A stretch of 64,000 bases of DNA from Blasia pusilla. Lineage: Eukaryota. Location: NCBI GenBank assembly GCA_050084515.1, contig CM114271.1:11160001-11224000 (forward strand). Direction: 5' to 3'. The stretch's first letter is position 1, and each line of letters begins with the position of its first letter. A program made the position numbers and the translations under genes. The notes below the pieces were generated by a model. It searched no databases. It saw only the letters and a program-made list of their open reading frames with translations, and was not told the DNA's origin. Of the stretch, positions 24,555 to 36,387 are shown in pieces.

Positions 24555-25320
24555 GTGACCCGTCAGATTGCAATGGGTTGCCTCGGAACTATGCGTTGTT
24601 GCATTGTTACTCGAGGGATAGAAAAGCGTGCAACCTGTCGATAACCAACGGGTTGCCCTGGTAGCTCGCCTATTAACCCAAGATAAGCAAAGCGTGCAAC
24701 CCGTGGGCTTCGGACGCGTTGCACACTGCTGCCTTACCTTGTAACGCTAACATGAAGGAAGTGTGCAACGCGTCGATCTCCGACGAGTTGCGCGGGTGCC
24801 GCGCCGTCTTGCCCAAAGACGGCAGAGGCGCGCAACTCGTCGGCCTCAGACGGGTTGCGCAATTGCCTCACCTTGTTACACTTACATTAAGGAAGCGTGC
24901 AACCCGTCTGTTTCCGACGAGTTGCGCGGGTGCCGCACCTTCTTGCCCAAAGACGGCGGAGGCGCGCAACCCGTGGACCTCAGACGGGTTGCGCAAGTGC
25001 CTCGCCTTGTAACGCTTACATGAAGGAAGCCTGCAAGCTGTCGGCCTCCGACAAGTTGCACGGGAAGCCCGCCTTGTTATCCCAAGATGAGGGAAGCGTG
25101 CAACCCACCGGAATCTGACGGGTTGCGTAGGTACCTCGCGTTCTTGTCAGAAGACGGCATAGGCGCGCAACCCGTCGGTCTTTGACGGGTTGCACGGGTA
25201 CCTCGTGTTCTTGTCTGAAGACGACAGATGCGCGCAACCTGTCGGTCTCTGATGGGTTGCCACGAGGATGGATGCCTTAACCCTCGGGAAGCGTGCAACC
25301 TATCAAAGCCGTCGGGTTGG
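24555..25320. repeat. Palindrome array in the divergent intergenic region, copy B
   Basis: Many GCAACCCGTC...GACGGGTTGC units. Confidence 0.9.
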
Positions 25321-25678
25321 TTTTTTTCACGTCCAGACTTCCATAACGGCCGGCACGTCGCCGTCGGAAGGACAATGCGACCCAACGGTCAGCCCAACGG
25401 CTCGAAAAGTATAAATAGGGGAAGGTTAGCTCATTTACAATTTTTCGTTTCGCGATCTCAATTGCTCTTCTGCGCAGCATTTGACTAGATACCAAGGGGC
25501 GCTTTACACGGCGACTCATCGCGAGACGATTTGAGCGAATGATCACGAAACAATTCGATCTACTCAGCAAAACAACTCATCGCGACATCAGCAAGGCGAC
25601 TCATCAAGGGATTCCTCGAGCTGATTCATCGTGCACAGAGAGCAATTTCCTTGTCCATAGGAGGCATTTTCGGGAATA

Positions 25679-28600
25679 ATGACGAGGAAAAAATCTCAAG
25701 CAAACAAGGCTGGGAGCTTCACTCCCAAGTCCATGAGGACTCCAGCGTCACAATCTCCAGGGCCTCGTTCGGCCAATGAGATAAGGCAGCAAGAAATCGA
25801 GGAGCAGGAAAGGGAAGCGGAGATGCACAAGCAGGAGCTTCTTGCAAAACGTGTAAATGAGGCGCTCGAAAAATAGAACGCAGAGGCTGAGGCGTCGCAG
25901 GCCTTGAAGAAAAGGATCGCCGACGAAAAGAGTGAAATGAAGTGTCTGGACGCGTCGGTGAGGAGAGCAGAATTGGCAAAAGCTCGGAGGGAAAAAGAAA
26001 TTGCCATTGAAGAAAGCCCGGCCCGTCCAACCGAAAGTGTTGAGATGCAGGAAATGTCCCAGATGAACTCCGGGGACACAATCAATATAGCAAAAACGGC
26101 CAAAGTTCAAGTGACAGACAATCAGGTCATGAGGACCGCCAGCGTGGAGATGGTAGACATTGCTGAAGAAGCAGGAGAGCGGTCATCCTTGTCCCTAAGC
26201 CTGGCGGAAGAAATTGACCTCTATCGGATCGACGAGTTTCCAGTGGACTTGCGTATTTCTTGTCCCAGCGATTGGTCGCCAAGACACCGACTGAATCTTC
26301 GAGTGGGTAAGAGAGGATCTATGTTCTTTGAATTATGTGAAGGCCCATGTTGCAATTCATTGGCAATTTAGTGTAGCTTATTGACCTTGTCCCCATTGTG
26401 ACGGGTGGTAAAGCAGATGGCATTGATGGAGGGCCAGAACGCCGCGAGAATTCCACTTTGCCGATTGCGAACTATGGAGTACGTTCGCGAAATTTAGTCT
26501 GACGAGGATATTGCGAAGCTGAAACAATCGGCAATGACAGCATCCTATGTCGACAGCTTCCCTCCGTTCTATGCTCAGCCTTACGATGATCATGGAACCC
26601 AAGCGCTGGTTACGGAGGAGGACTTGGAAGCGCTTGACATATTCTGGAGGATGAGAGATCAGGAATTTAGAAGGGCGATAGAGGGGACGGAATTCAGCTG
26701 GATGCAGAACCTATATTTCTTCATCTAGGATGGAAACCACAGGTTCATAGCGTGGACCCAGTTTTGCCCAAACTCATTGGAGGCACATTTTTGCGTGAAG
26801 GCAGTGGTGCTACATCCATACCCTCATCACATGGCCACGGTGGAGATGGCCATGCATGCCATGAACACGTAAGTTTCCTCTTGTTGCAAACCGTCGGACT
26901 CTGACAAGTTGTCCATCGGACTCCGATGGGTTGCAAAATTTAGCTCGTTGCTTCCATTCCGACCATGAGCTGTGACGACCTTTTGGAGTCCGACGGGTTG
27001 CAAGAACCCATGTACCTTGCAAAATTTATAATATTGAGTTCGGATGTGTAGGATTGTATCGGAGGGGAATGTCACCCACCACTGGATCCACGATTGCGAT
27101 CGGGTGAAGAAAGTGCTAACGACGCACCCGGTAGAGTACAAGGGGTTCTTGGGCGACGCCCTTGTAAATGAGATGGTGGCAAAGGGTGCTCAAATAAAAA
27201 AAAAGACTTGGGCAAATAAGTTTATTTCCCAAGATGCAGCCGTGACAATCCTTTGCTGGTCAAAGATAGAGGCCGCCAAGAAGAGCGCTGCATTAGAGCT
27301 GGAGCGGAGGGAGAAAGTGTCTATGTCTGAGCATGCAAAGTTCATCCATGCTGCAGTATCTGCAGCTACGAAGTACACGGCAAGCAAGATGCAGCGCTAC
27401 ATCGCCATTCTCAACCCCGAACTTGGCCCCGATTTCTACAAGGAGCTGAAGGCGATCATCAAGCGCCAGCGGAAGAGGGATGAAGATCCGTAGGGTCGGA
27501 TTGGGGAGAAAGTATCTGTGGATCGCGTGCATCGATTATCCTTGTCTGGAATTAGCAAATTTAGGAGAATCCGACTGATGAAATTCAGTCTCGAGGGCAC
27601 AGAGGCCCAAAAGAGGGCGATACACCATCCTCTGGGTGTCTATGATCCAGTGATCTCCCACTGGCTCTGTGAATGGTCATTCTGGGACGCGTTGCAGATT
27701 CTCGGGAAGTCCATGCTCGTGAGTCTCGAAGCGGAGCTGAAAAGAATAGAGCCAGTTCCGGAGGAAGCAAACCTGGAGAGTGCTGAAGATTTTGAACTTT
27801 GGCTTGATGACATACGGGATAAGCCCATAAAAAACCCAGGTTTCAGGACGATGTTCAAGGATCGGATCCTCCCTCAAGCAAACCTTGACGAAGAAATAGA
27901 GGCGAAAAAAGGGATTTCGCAAAGAAGAAGCGAGATCGTCAGGAGCAGGCGGCCAATGCATCTCGACTTAGAGCTGCCCAACGCATGGTGTTCAGGTACC
28001 TCGTCCATTGTAAGAATGCAGGTACATGGCGAAAAATACCGGCAGCCTGCAAATTGTGGGCTTCTCCGCCTGATGGAAAGACATTTTCCATGTACGACAT
28101 GGAGATGGCTCAAAGCATGTTCGATTGGGAGGTGGAGAATTTCCCGATTTGGGTGGACTTCAACAACCCTGAGGACATAACTGAGAAAGATCTACGCCTG
28201 CTCTATGATGCAATGGCCGCAGGTAGGGACGACATCCCCAATTTTGTGCACCCTGAAGACTTTTTTGAAGGAGATGCGGAGGAATAAGCCCTCGAGACAG
28301 CGGAGTTAGTGTCCAAGGTCGTCACTGCCAAGGACAAATCTACAGCGGGTCTCAAAGACAAGGCAAGGGGATCAAAGAATTCCGAGGCCGAGTCTTCCCA
28401 GAGAGAGGCTGAAAATTCAAGGCGAGAGCCGAAATTGTCCGGGCGAGCGGGGAGAGAGGGTCGGACCAGGTCCTCCGCAAAAAACACTCCACCAGAGTGT
28501 GAGGTCATAGAGACCCCAACAAGCCGACCGCAGACTCGGGAGAAGCGGAAGCAAAAGGCGCCAGGGTTGTCCCAGGGAGCAGACCAGGATGTGGAATACA

Positions 28601-30065
28601 CTCCATCATCCTTGGGAAGACATAGAGAAACAACGACCCGAACAAGCGTTATCCTTCACTACATGAATCTTCAGGATGAGCTGAAAAGTTTCAATTCCCA
28701 AGCGTCGACACCCGCATTGAAAAATTGACAACGCTGGGACGGAAGCTTCAACGAAATGGGCATGCTCCTTGGACGGTCCATGGGGAGGTTGAAGAGGTGG
28801 CGGTGGATCTCCTCGTCGCTGATTTGCCCTCGGGGTTGCGCTTGTGGGACGAGAATCCGTCCGACGGGGTCCCAGACAGGAATGTCCTGATCGCGCTCTT
28901 GTTTTCCTTTGCAAACGCTTTTCTCAGTGACAGGGGCTGTTTTTTGTTTTGACTGGAGGGAGCGAGGACAAGCTCTTCAACCTCTAGTGCGTCAAGAGGT
29001 CCCTGAAGTGGAGGACGGCGCAATCGTGGGTCCTCAAGAACGAGTACCCACTCCGATCTACGACGAGTCAAATTCGGGTAAGGGCTCTAAATTTGTATCC
29101 AAATTGTCTTTCTCCGACGGGTTGCATCTCTGCATGCAACCCGTCGGATTGTTTGAGCTGGAAATTTCAGTGGTCCAATCCATCTGAAAGTGACGGGTTG
29201 CAAGTGCTAATGCTTTTGCAATTTTTTGGAATGATGCAACCCGTCTGAAAACGATGGGTTGCTCTTAGCCAACCATGGGATGCTCTAAGCCAGCAATTTG
29301 TCGCCTTCCGACGGGTTACTCATGGACAAAAAATCACAAGACACTTGTAAAACAACCCGTCGGACTCCGACAGGTTGCTCCAATGTTAGGATTATAAAGA
29401 AGTTCTCTGGGGTTAAGCGAAGTTCTTTGGGGACGTGTTGCACATTATGTCACCATACTGAGAGTAGACCAGTGGCCAAGTAGCTCTTTGTTGTTGTTGA
29501 CATTGTTTCCAACGTGCTTCTTTACAGATGGACCACTCCTATGTTTACTGCTTTGTTCGGCCCGAGCACAACTTCCAGGTGTTTAAGATCATGGATCCTG
29601 TGGATCCATGCTCTGATGGGTACAGCTTAGATAGTTTATACAATTCCCCCCCCCGGGGAATTTACATGCAAGACGGTACCCCATTACTTGGAGGAAGGGA
29701 AAAGTCGCCAGCCCTGATGCAAACACTCATCGAGCTCTGCTCAAGGCCGGGTGACTTGGTGTTCGACTTAGTGGGCCTTTCAGGGGGGGAGTATCAGAGG
29801 CGACTGGCAGAGTGGCAGGAACATTCTTTGCCTTGAGGGAAGGCAGCAACTATTTGACCTTTGCAAGGAGGCAAAGGCAGATTACGACAAGCTAGTTGGG
29901 GCGTACAACTCTCCTCCGGAACCGAGAGCTCCGATTCCAGACCCACGAGCTCCGGTTCCAGACCCACCATTGGTAGTGACACCATCGTCACTTCCCACGA
30001 TTTCGAAAATGAGGAGGGCAAGGCCGACAGTAATCTTGGAAGAGCTCTCGGACGATGACGAGTGA
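25679..30065 (+). pseudogene. ParB-like plus beta-class N6-A/N4-C methyltransferase-like gene, copy B, 4 coding exons
   Basis: Predicted introns 26307-26404 (acceptor mutated), 26869-27051 and 29078-29527. Motifs DGNHRF, VDLLVADLPSG, EKSPALMQTLIELCSRPGDLVFDLVGLSG. Confidence 0.75.
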
Positions 30066-30119
30066 GTTCAAAGAACTCAAGGACCCAGCTTGACTGCAGC
30101 GTTTAGAGTAGGGATTTAT

Positions 30120-31230
30120 TTGATGACGAGGCAAAAGATTTCATAGAATAGATCAAATGTACAATTCCGAGCTTCTTTTGGATGTAATAAAGGACAAGAT
30201 TTTTTTGAACGATGATGGTGTTGGTAAAAGTTTGTTGAATATCTTTTTTGGTCTTGTCGAATGTGATCGTCTATGTACTCCGAGGACTTCTATTTTGCAA
30301 CCCGCCGGATTTCCATGGCTTGCAACTTTTCACTTTTTGACCACTGCACCTTTTTAACCACTACCAAGCAACCTGTTGGATTTCGACAAGTTGGCTGCGT
30401 GAGTGATTGGACTCTTTCGGACTCTTTAGAGGCATTCTGGCGGGCTTCTTCACTTTGGCACCTTCCCCTAGTATCGTCAAACAAGGTGTAGGCTTCTTCT
30501 CTTCTCTAAGACATGTTGGATTCCTACTACCTGTGGGATTGCCATCATGGTATTTCCAAGGACATAGCACATATTGATATTGGATGGGTGTCACGTTCCA
30601 GAGCGTACAAGATATACTGCCAAGGAAGGCGGTGGGACTCGAATCAGGTTACATGGGACCGTTATGGTGTACCTAGGGGGGGCCAAGGCTCTCGAATTCG
30701 CCAACATTTTCGATCCCCGTCTACAATCGGCCAGAGGAGCCACTTGTGTCCCAACACATTCCTTTTGTAGAGGAACCTAGGAGAGTTAGGAGTAGATTTG
30801 TAGATGACCAGGCTGAAGAAATCATAGACTAGATCAAATGTATATTTCTGAGATTCCTTCGGATGTAATAAAGGAGGAGATTTTTTCGACCGATAATTGT
30901 GTTTGTAAAAGTTTACTGAATATTTTTTGTGGACTTGTGGATTGTGTTCTTCTAGCTACTCAGAATTACAATTTTGCAACCCGTATGATTCCGACGGGTT
31001 GCAACTTTTCACTTTTTGACCAGTGCAACTTTTAACCATTTCCAGGCAAGCTGTCGGATTCTGACAGGTTGGCTGCTTGAGTGATCGGACTCTTTCCCTG
31101 TGAGACCAACTTCTGAAGTATTGTGGCCGGCTTCTTCACTTTTGGCTCGTTCCCCTAGATTCGTCAAACCAGTTGTAGGCTTCTTTTCTTCTCTAAGATG
31201 TGCAAGATTCCTACTATCTGTCGGATTGCC
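30120..31230. repeat. Diverged tandem duplication, period about 680 bp
   Basis: ATAGATCAAATGTA-like block near 30148 and 30830; similar ORF starts at 30157 and 30838; also present in copy C (57300-58450). Confidence 0.75.
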
Positions 31231-32117
31231 ATTTCGGATTCCCAACCAATTGGATTTTCATGGGTGCAAGGTGGAATGGAATCACTGTAAAATTTTGACG
31301 GGTTGGGAGGGATGCAGCTTCTCGGTTTCTGAGATTTAGGATCTGAATGAAGGGACATCAGTTCCTCTTTACTCCAGACAGCTAACAATCTTTTGGTTCA
31401 ATTATCGTCTCATGTGTTCACATTTCACAAAGTTGGTCTTGACTAGACACCATTCATAACCAAAAAAACGGTGGTTATGAGGCAATTCAGGGGAGGCCAT
31501 GATGCAGGCAACAATCCCTGCAAAAAGAGAGGTTGGCATCATACCGATGCGCATCCGGGTGGTCCTCCAACAAAAATACCCATGGACACTGCTTATTGTA
31601 GACCGAGACAGGCAATGTTAAGAAACTTAGGCTCACATGGAGAGTGATGGAAAAATGTTTGTAGTGGTCTAATGATGTCTACTTTTTTTTTGCCCCCTGG
31701 AAAAAGGAGGTTTCTTTAGGCTCGAATGTGGACCACTACCTACTCTCTTCTAAAGATTTCATGAATTTGAAAGCAAACAAAAATTTCAAATATATCACAA
31801 AGTTATGAAGAGGGGAGGCGGATTTGGCCCTTTTTTTTTAAGAGAGACTGAGAGACTCTCCTCTCTTCCTCTCTTCCTCTCTTCCTCTCCTTTCTTCCTC
31901 TCTCTTGCCAGAATACCAGCCCCCCTTTTATTTATTATCTCTTTTCCTAAAGTTGGGCCCGCGCAAATGAGTCACCCTAAAGAGGTTTAAACATGGGAAT
32001 TTCATTTTCCTAGGCTCATTTACTTAATACTAATAAAACTCTCTCTTACACTTGATGATAGAGGAGTTTACATAGCGGATGATTTTACTATACGACAGCG
32101 TGCTTATAAGCGAGAAA

Positions 32118-32570
32118 TCCACATTTCTTCTTAACAGATAACCCACGATTCACAGAATTATGATAGAGGCGCGAAATAAGTTTTCTGCAACTCTTTGCTA
32201 GCGTTATTAGGTGGATGGCTCCTCGCAACATTCTGAACTAGAGTTCCAATCTGACTTATCCTAGAGGTTGCCATTCATTCCAATTGGATCTTAAGGTCCA
32301 ATTTGCCCATAGTTCAATGACCCCGTTCCATCAGATCTTAAGATCTGAATTAAGGACATTTCGACCTCCGCGTGCCTACTAGCGGACAGTCCATATTTCT
32401 TCTTAACAGATCAACCATGATTCAAAGAATCGCAAAGCAAGTTATTTTGAACTTTCTACTGACTTTATTAGGTGGATGGCACATCGCCACATTCAGAACC
32501 AGAGTTCCAATCGGACACACCCTGGAGGTTGCCACTCTTCCCAAATGGATCTTAAGGTCCAATTTTCCCT
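32118..32570. repeat. Two diverged direct repeats of about 190 bp
   Basis: ATTTCTTCTTAACAGAT...TTATTAGGTGGATGGC...GGATCTTAAGGTCCAATTT at about 32118-32305 and 32390-32565. Confidence 0.75.
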
Positions 32571-35500
32571 GTGCAAAAAGATGATTATATTTTTGTCCCA
32601 CTTTCCATTGAATGGCTAACAATTAATTGGCACTTCGACGTTATGGTGCAAATTTCATATTCATGCAATGGAATTCTGCATCGGTGATGTAGTGTATCTA
32701 CATGATGGATCATCCATCTCTATTGGAAGAGCTAGAATCATGGACACCAATTTTGAGAGAAATAGTCCACAGCATACCACTTGGTACGAACTCCTTGTAC
32801 ATGTGTTTGAAGGAAGTCTTCGAAAGTTCAATAAGCAATTACAATGGAGAACCTCTACCCGATTTCATTGGAGCATTCATCACAGCCTCGTAATGGAGTT
32901 ACAACAACTAATACATGTGGTGGACGTGAGGATGTGGAAGGAGGGCCTCATTGCCCCACATAGTACTCAAAGAAATTTTTCTTAAAAGATTTGAAGGGAT
33001 CAGAGCTTCTTATTGGTTCAAGGTGTATTACCAAAAGCTTTGATTCACATGAGACCCAACCTATGTCCTTCTTTGACAACCAATGGCAACCGTGGGTGTG
33101 CGTAATAATTGATGAGTCATCAATTATTACGTATGGAAGAAGGCTACAAGATATGGTGGGAATGTTTGCAAAATATCCCAGATATTTGATTACAGAAAAA
33201 TACAATGATACCATGGATATTAGGAAGAGGAAGCGCTCAGCTTGCAATACCTCCATCGACGTACAAGTTGCGGTTCCCATGATTGGTCGTATGGAATCAA
33301 TCCTTTTACAAGTGCAACTTACAGAGAAAAATGGATGTCTAAATATCGGTGAGGGAATTGTTCACTACGTCAATCCAAACGAAAAAGTTGGTGGTCAAAT
33401 ATTAGGGGATCACCATGTTGGCGTATTCATTACCAACATCACGAGCCATCTTACATGCTACAAGGTTCTTGAAAGGAACTTAGTTATATGGCCTACGCCA
33501 TCATGTACTATTAAAGAAGGCCGAGACTTATGGACATACTACTTGGAGTGTTACACCATGTCTTGAGGGGCCGTTGTAGCAATAGGAGGCAAGAGGAAGA
33601 GAGCTTACACGTACACTTATCGGTGTAAAAAGCGATGTCTACCAAGAGCTACCAAAACAAACAAAAAAAGCTAATAGAGGAAGATATATCACAAGTGGCA
33701 TCAAAAAATTGTTGCGGAAATTTTGTTTTTCAATATACGTTGAGAGATGTTGTTCGTTCAAGCAGAGAGAAGTATTGGAACAAATCCTTTCAGGAAAGAA
33801 GGGAATCACTCCACGCCATGGTCCATTCATCTTACTTCATTGACGGAGGAAGGGTTGTGCAATTGGAAGGTGGAACGGTGTGCCTCCCGGGTTGGCAACA
33901 GGTCCATGGTCTTGGAAAACAAGCTTCGAGGATGAAGTAAGAAATGTCAGAGATGGCAAGATGCGGACAAGGCATGGGAACCTGAGAAGAAATTGCATAA
34001 CCCAAAGGACGGCGCAAGCGGTGGAAACGGTAAAGCTGATAAGTAATTAAGGAGACTTGAGATCAGATGCCCCACAAGGAAAGAACAATGTCAGATGGGA
34101 GAAGAGAGGAATTGATTCGGTTGCCTCAATTTTTCTCCTGGAAGTATATACGAGAAGTAGTCAATAAGGAAGGAGGGAAATTGGGATTAGCGGGAGTCTC
34201 GCAATCAACTATGAATCAAATCAAAAAACAATACTTCTCCAATATTGCGATTCACAAATCAGGTGATAAATTTTCTCGCTGTGCGATATATGCAATACTA
34301 AAGTCTCTAGGAAATACTGCATCAACAAATGAGGAGAAGGCTATTGTTATGGAACGGGCAATTGAACATGATGACCTACAAAGGTCTCAAAGGAGTTTAT
34401 ATTACACTTCGCGAGCAAAATCCGTGCGCCATCCCGAGTCTTATCTTTGCCTAATCCACGACAAAATGGATAGTTTCAAAACAAGCTTGCCAAGAGCATG
34501 GCAACAAACCAAAGATTTGGCTCTAGCTCAACCGTTTCCAATTACTTATTCAAGTAAATATTTTGGAATAATACTCCATTATACTAGAAAATGGTTTAGG
34601 GTGCAAGTGTCAGTTAGCAAGTTTGTAAGGCTATCTTGATCCTGTTCACGTAATAGGACTTAAGTTCCCATTTTTAATCCACACCCAAAATTGTTTCCCA
34701 AGGAGAAAGAGATCGATCTATGCCTCATCCATTAATTGGAACTGAAGTTCTCATAGGGCGTTACATTTCTTATATTTCTTGCCTAATGGAACTTGCGGAC
34801 GTATGTGTTACTTGCCGCACGTACCCAGTTTGGAGAAATGGTACTTTCTTTAGGTACTTGAATATGAAGTTGAATTAACTTTAACTCACTCTTTTTCTTA
34901 TTGCAGGTATCTTGACTCATGGGCATGGACCGTGTGCAATTGCTCAATTTGACATAGGAGTCTACAAGCATAGATCTAATTGGATAATTGGATCATTGGA
35001 AAAGTTGTTTCGGAGTTTGGAAAATCCCCGCGGTGAAATACTGGAATTCTTGGATGGGCCCGACCTAACTCCACTTCATAGTCAATTCTTAAAAGGGAGG
35101 AAAGCTTGATGGATTACTCCGTGCAACCTATAGGCTTATGGAGTTTGCCGAAGAGGGACCAAGGAAGGTGCCTAAGATTCTCACAGAGTTTGCCGAAGAG
35201 GGACCGGGGAAGCTGCCTAAGATTTTGAATCTACAAATGGTCAACTCTGGAAAAGATAACAAAAATATTTATGTCATGGCGTACTTGGCTCTTCTTGTTC
35301 ACAGGAAGGTATTCGAAGAGATTCACTTGGCTTTTCTCATCCCTGGGCACACGCATGAAGATGTTGATGCTATGTTAAGCAAGTTTTTGTGAACTTTGCG
35401 GCGACACAATGCATACACCTTGAAAGATCTTGCGACAAAATTTGTTAACTCCATGTCACCGAATCCAGCACCATAAGTGGTTTAGGACATTCCCGACTTC

Positions 35501-36027
35501 AAGGAGTACTTGAAAGGTTTCATCAGGCCTAAGACAAAAAATCAGTGGTATGGACTCCAGAGGCCAGGTCGATTCCGATTTACTAGATCTCTGGATGGTA
35601 TGCCCATCATGCATTACAAGATGTATGGTTTCGATAATGAATGGTTGCCGAATGAGCGTGGGTATGATATGTTTTTACATCATGAAATTATTGGACATCC
35701 TCTTATCCCTACTAGGAATCCAAAGCACTTACTGCCCACACCCTTGAAGGTATTTTATGATGTGAAGAAAGGTGTATCTCAGTTCATTGAGTACTTTGAT
35801 AAGATGGGAAGCAAGTCTTCCGGAGGCACAAAGGTGGAGTTCCAACAACTAGCACGGCAGTGGAGGAAGACGATTGAGGAATTGGAGTGATTGTTTCCTC
35901 ATGAAAACCTTAAGGACAAGGTTCAAAACCTGCGATCAAATACAAGACAATAATAAATGAAGATTCTTCTACCAAAAAGAGGACCAGTTTGATAGCCCAT
36001 GACATCGCTTCATCGTTCTCTAAGACA

Positions 36028-36376
36028 TGTTAGATAAATACATTTTAGATAAAGGTGTTCGACTTAATATGTGTTAAAGGAACTACCTAAATATTGCTAC
36101 TCTTAGCAGTCTGACATCTAACCTAAGACACTTGACCACTTGGCTAAAAGGGCCAGTTGGTGAGCTGACTACTTGGCCACTTGGATATTTGGCTACTTGG
36201 CCACTTGGCCACTTGGTCACTTTGCCACTCAGCCACATACTATCTTGTCTCTAGCCACTATCCAGATTAGTATATAGTCTGGGGCTTGAATAAACATCAT
36301 ACTTGAAGTTCTCCATAAAGTTTAGGCGCAGCTTTACCATTGTATCATTATGTATACATCTCTCATATTTCTAACA
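36028..36376 (+). repeat. copia 5' LTR (349 bp)
   Basis: TGTTAGATAAA...TTTCTAACA; internal CACTTGGC-like tandem. Confidence 0.95.
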
Positions 36377-36387
36377 GGTTATGGGCC
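36377..36387 (+). other. Primer binding site, internal tRNA-iMet fragment type
   Basis: GGTTATGGGCC directly after the LTR, the Drosophila copia-type PBS rather than TGGTATCAGAGC. Confidence 0.75.

Larger units (their letters stand above)
20364..31923. mobile_element. MULE-like transposon copy B, inverted relative to A, transposase 3' end truncated
   Basis: Reverse-complement homologue of copy A; ends in ...TGCCAGAATACCAGCCCC, matching 56704 onward. Confidence 0.85.

Noticed and set aside
25679-30065. Bacterial or phage contamination as source of the ParB-MTase
   Set aside because: Frame-preserving GT-AG introns, a TATA box, and three copies interleaved with LTR retrotransposons.
35138-35225. 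Duplicated EFAEEGP peptide
   Set aside because: Simple local 45-bp tandem duplication in a pseudogene.
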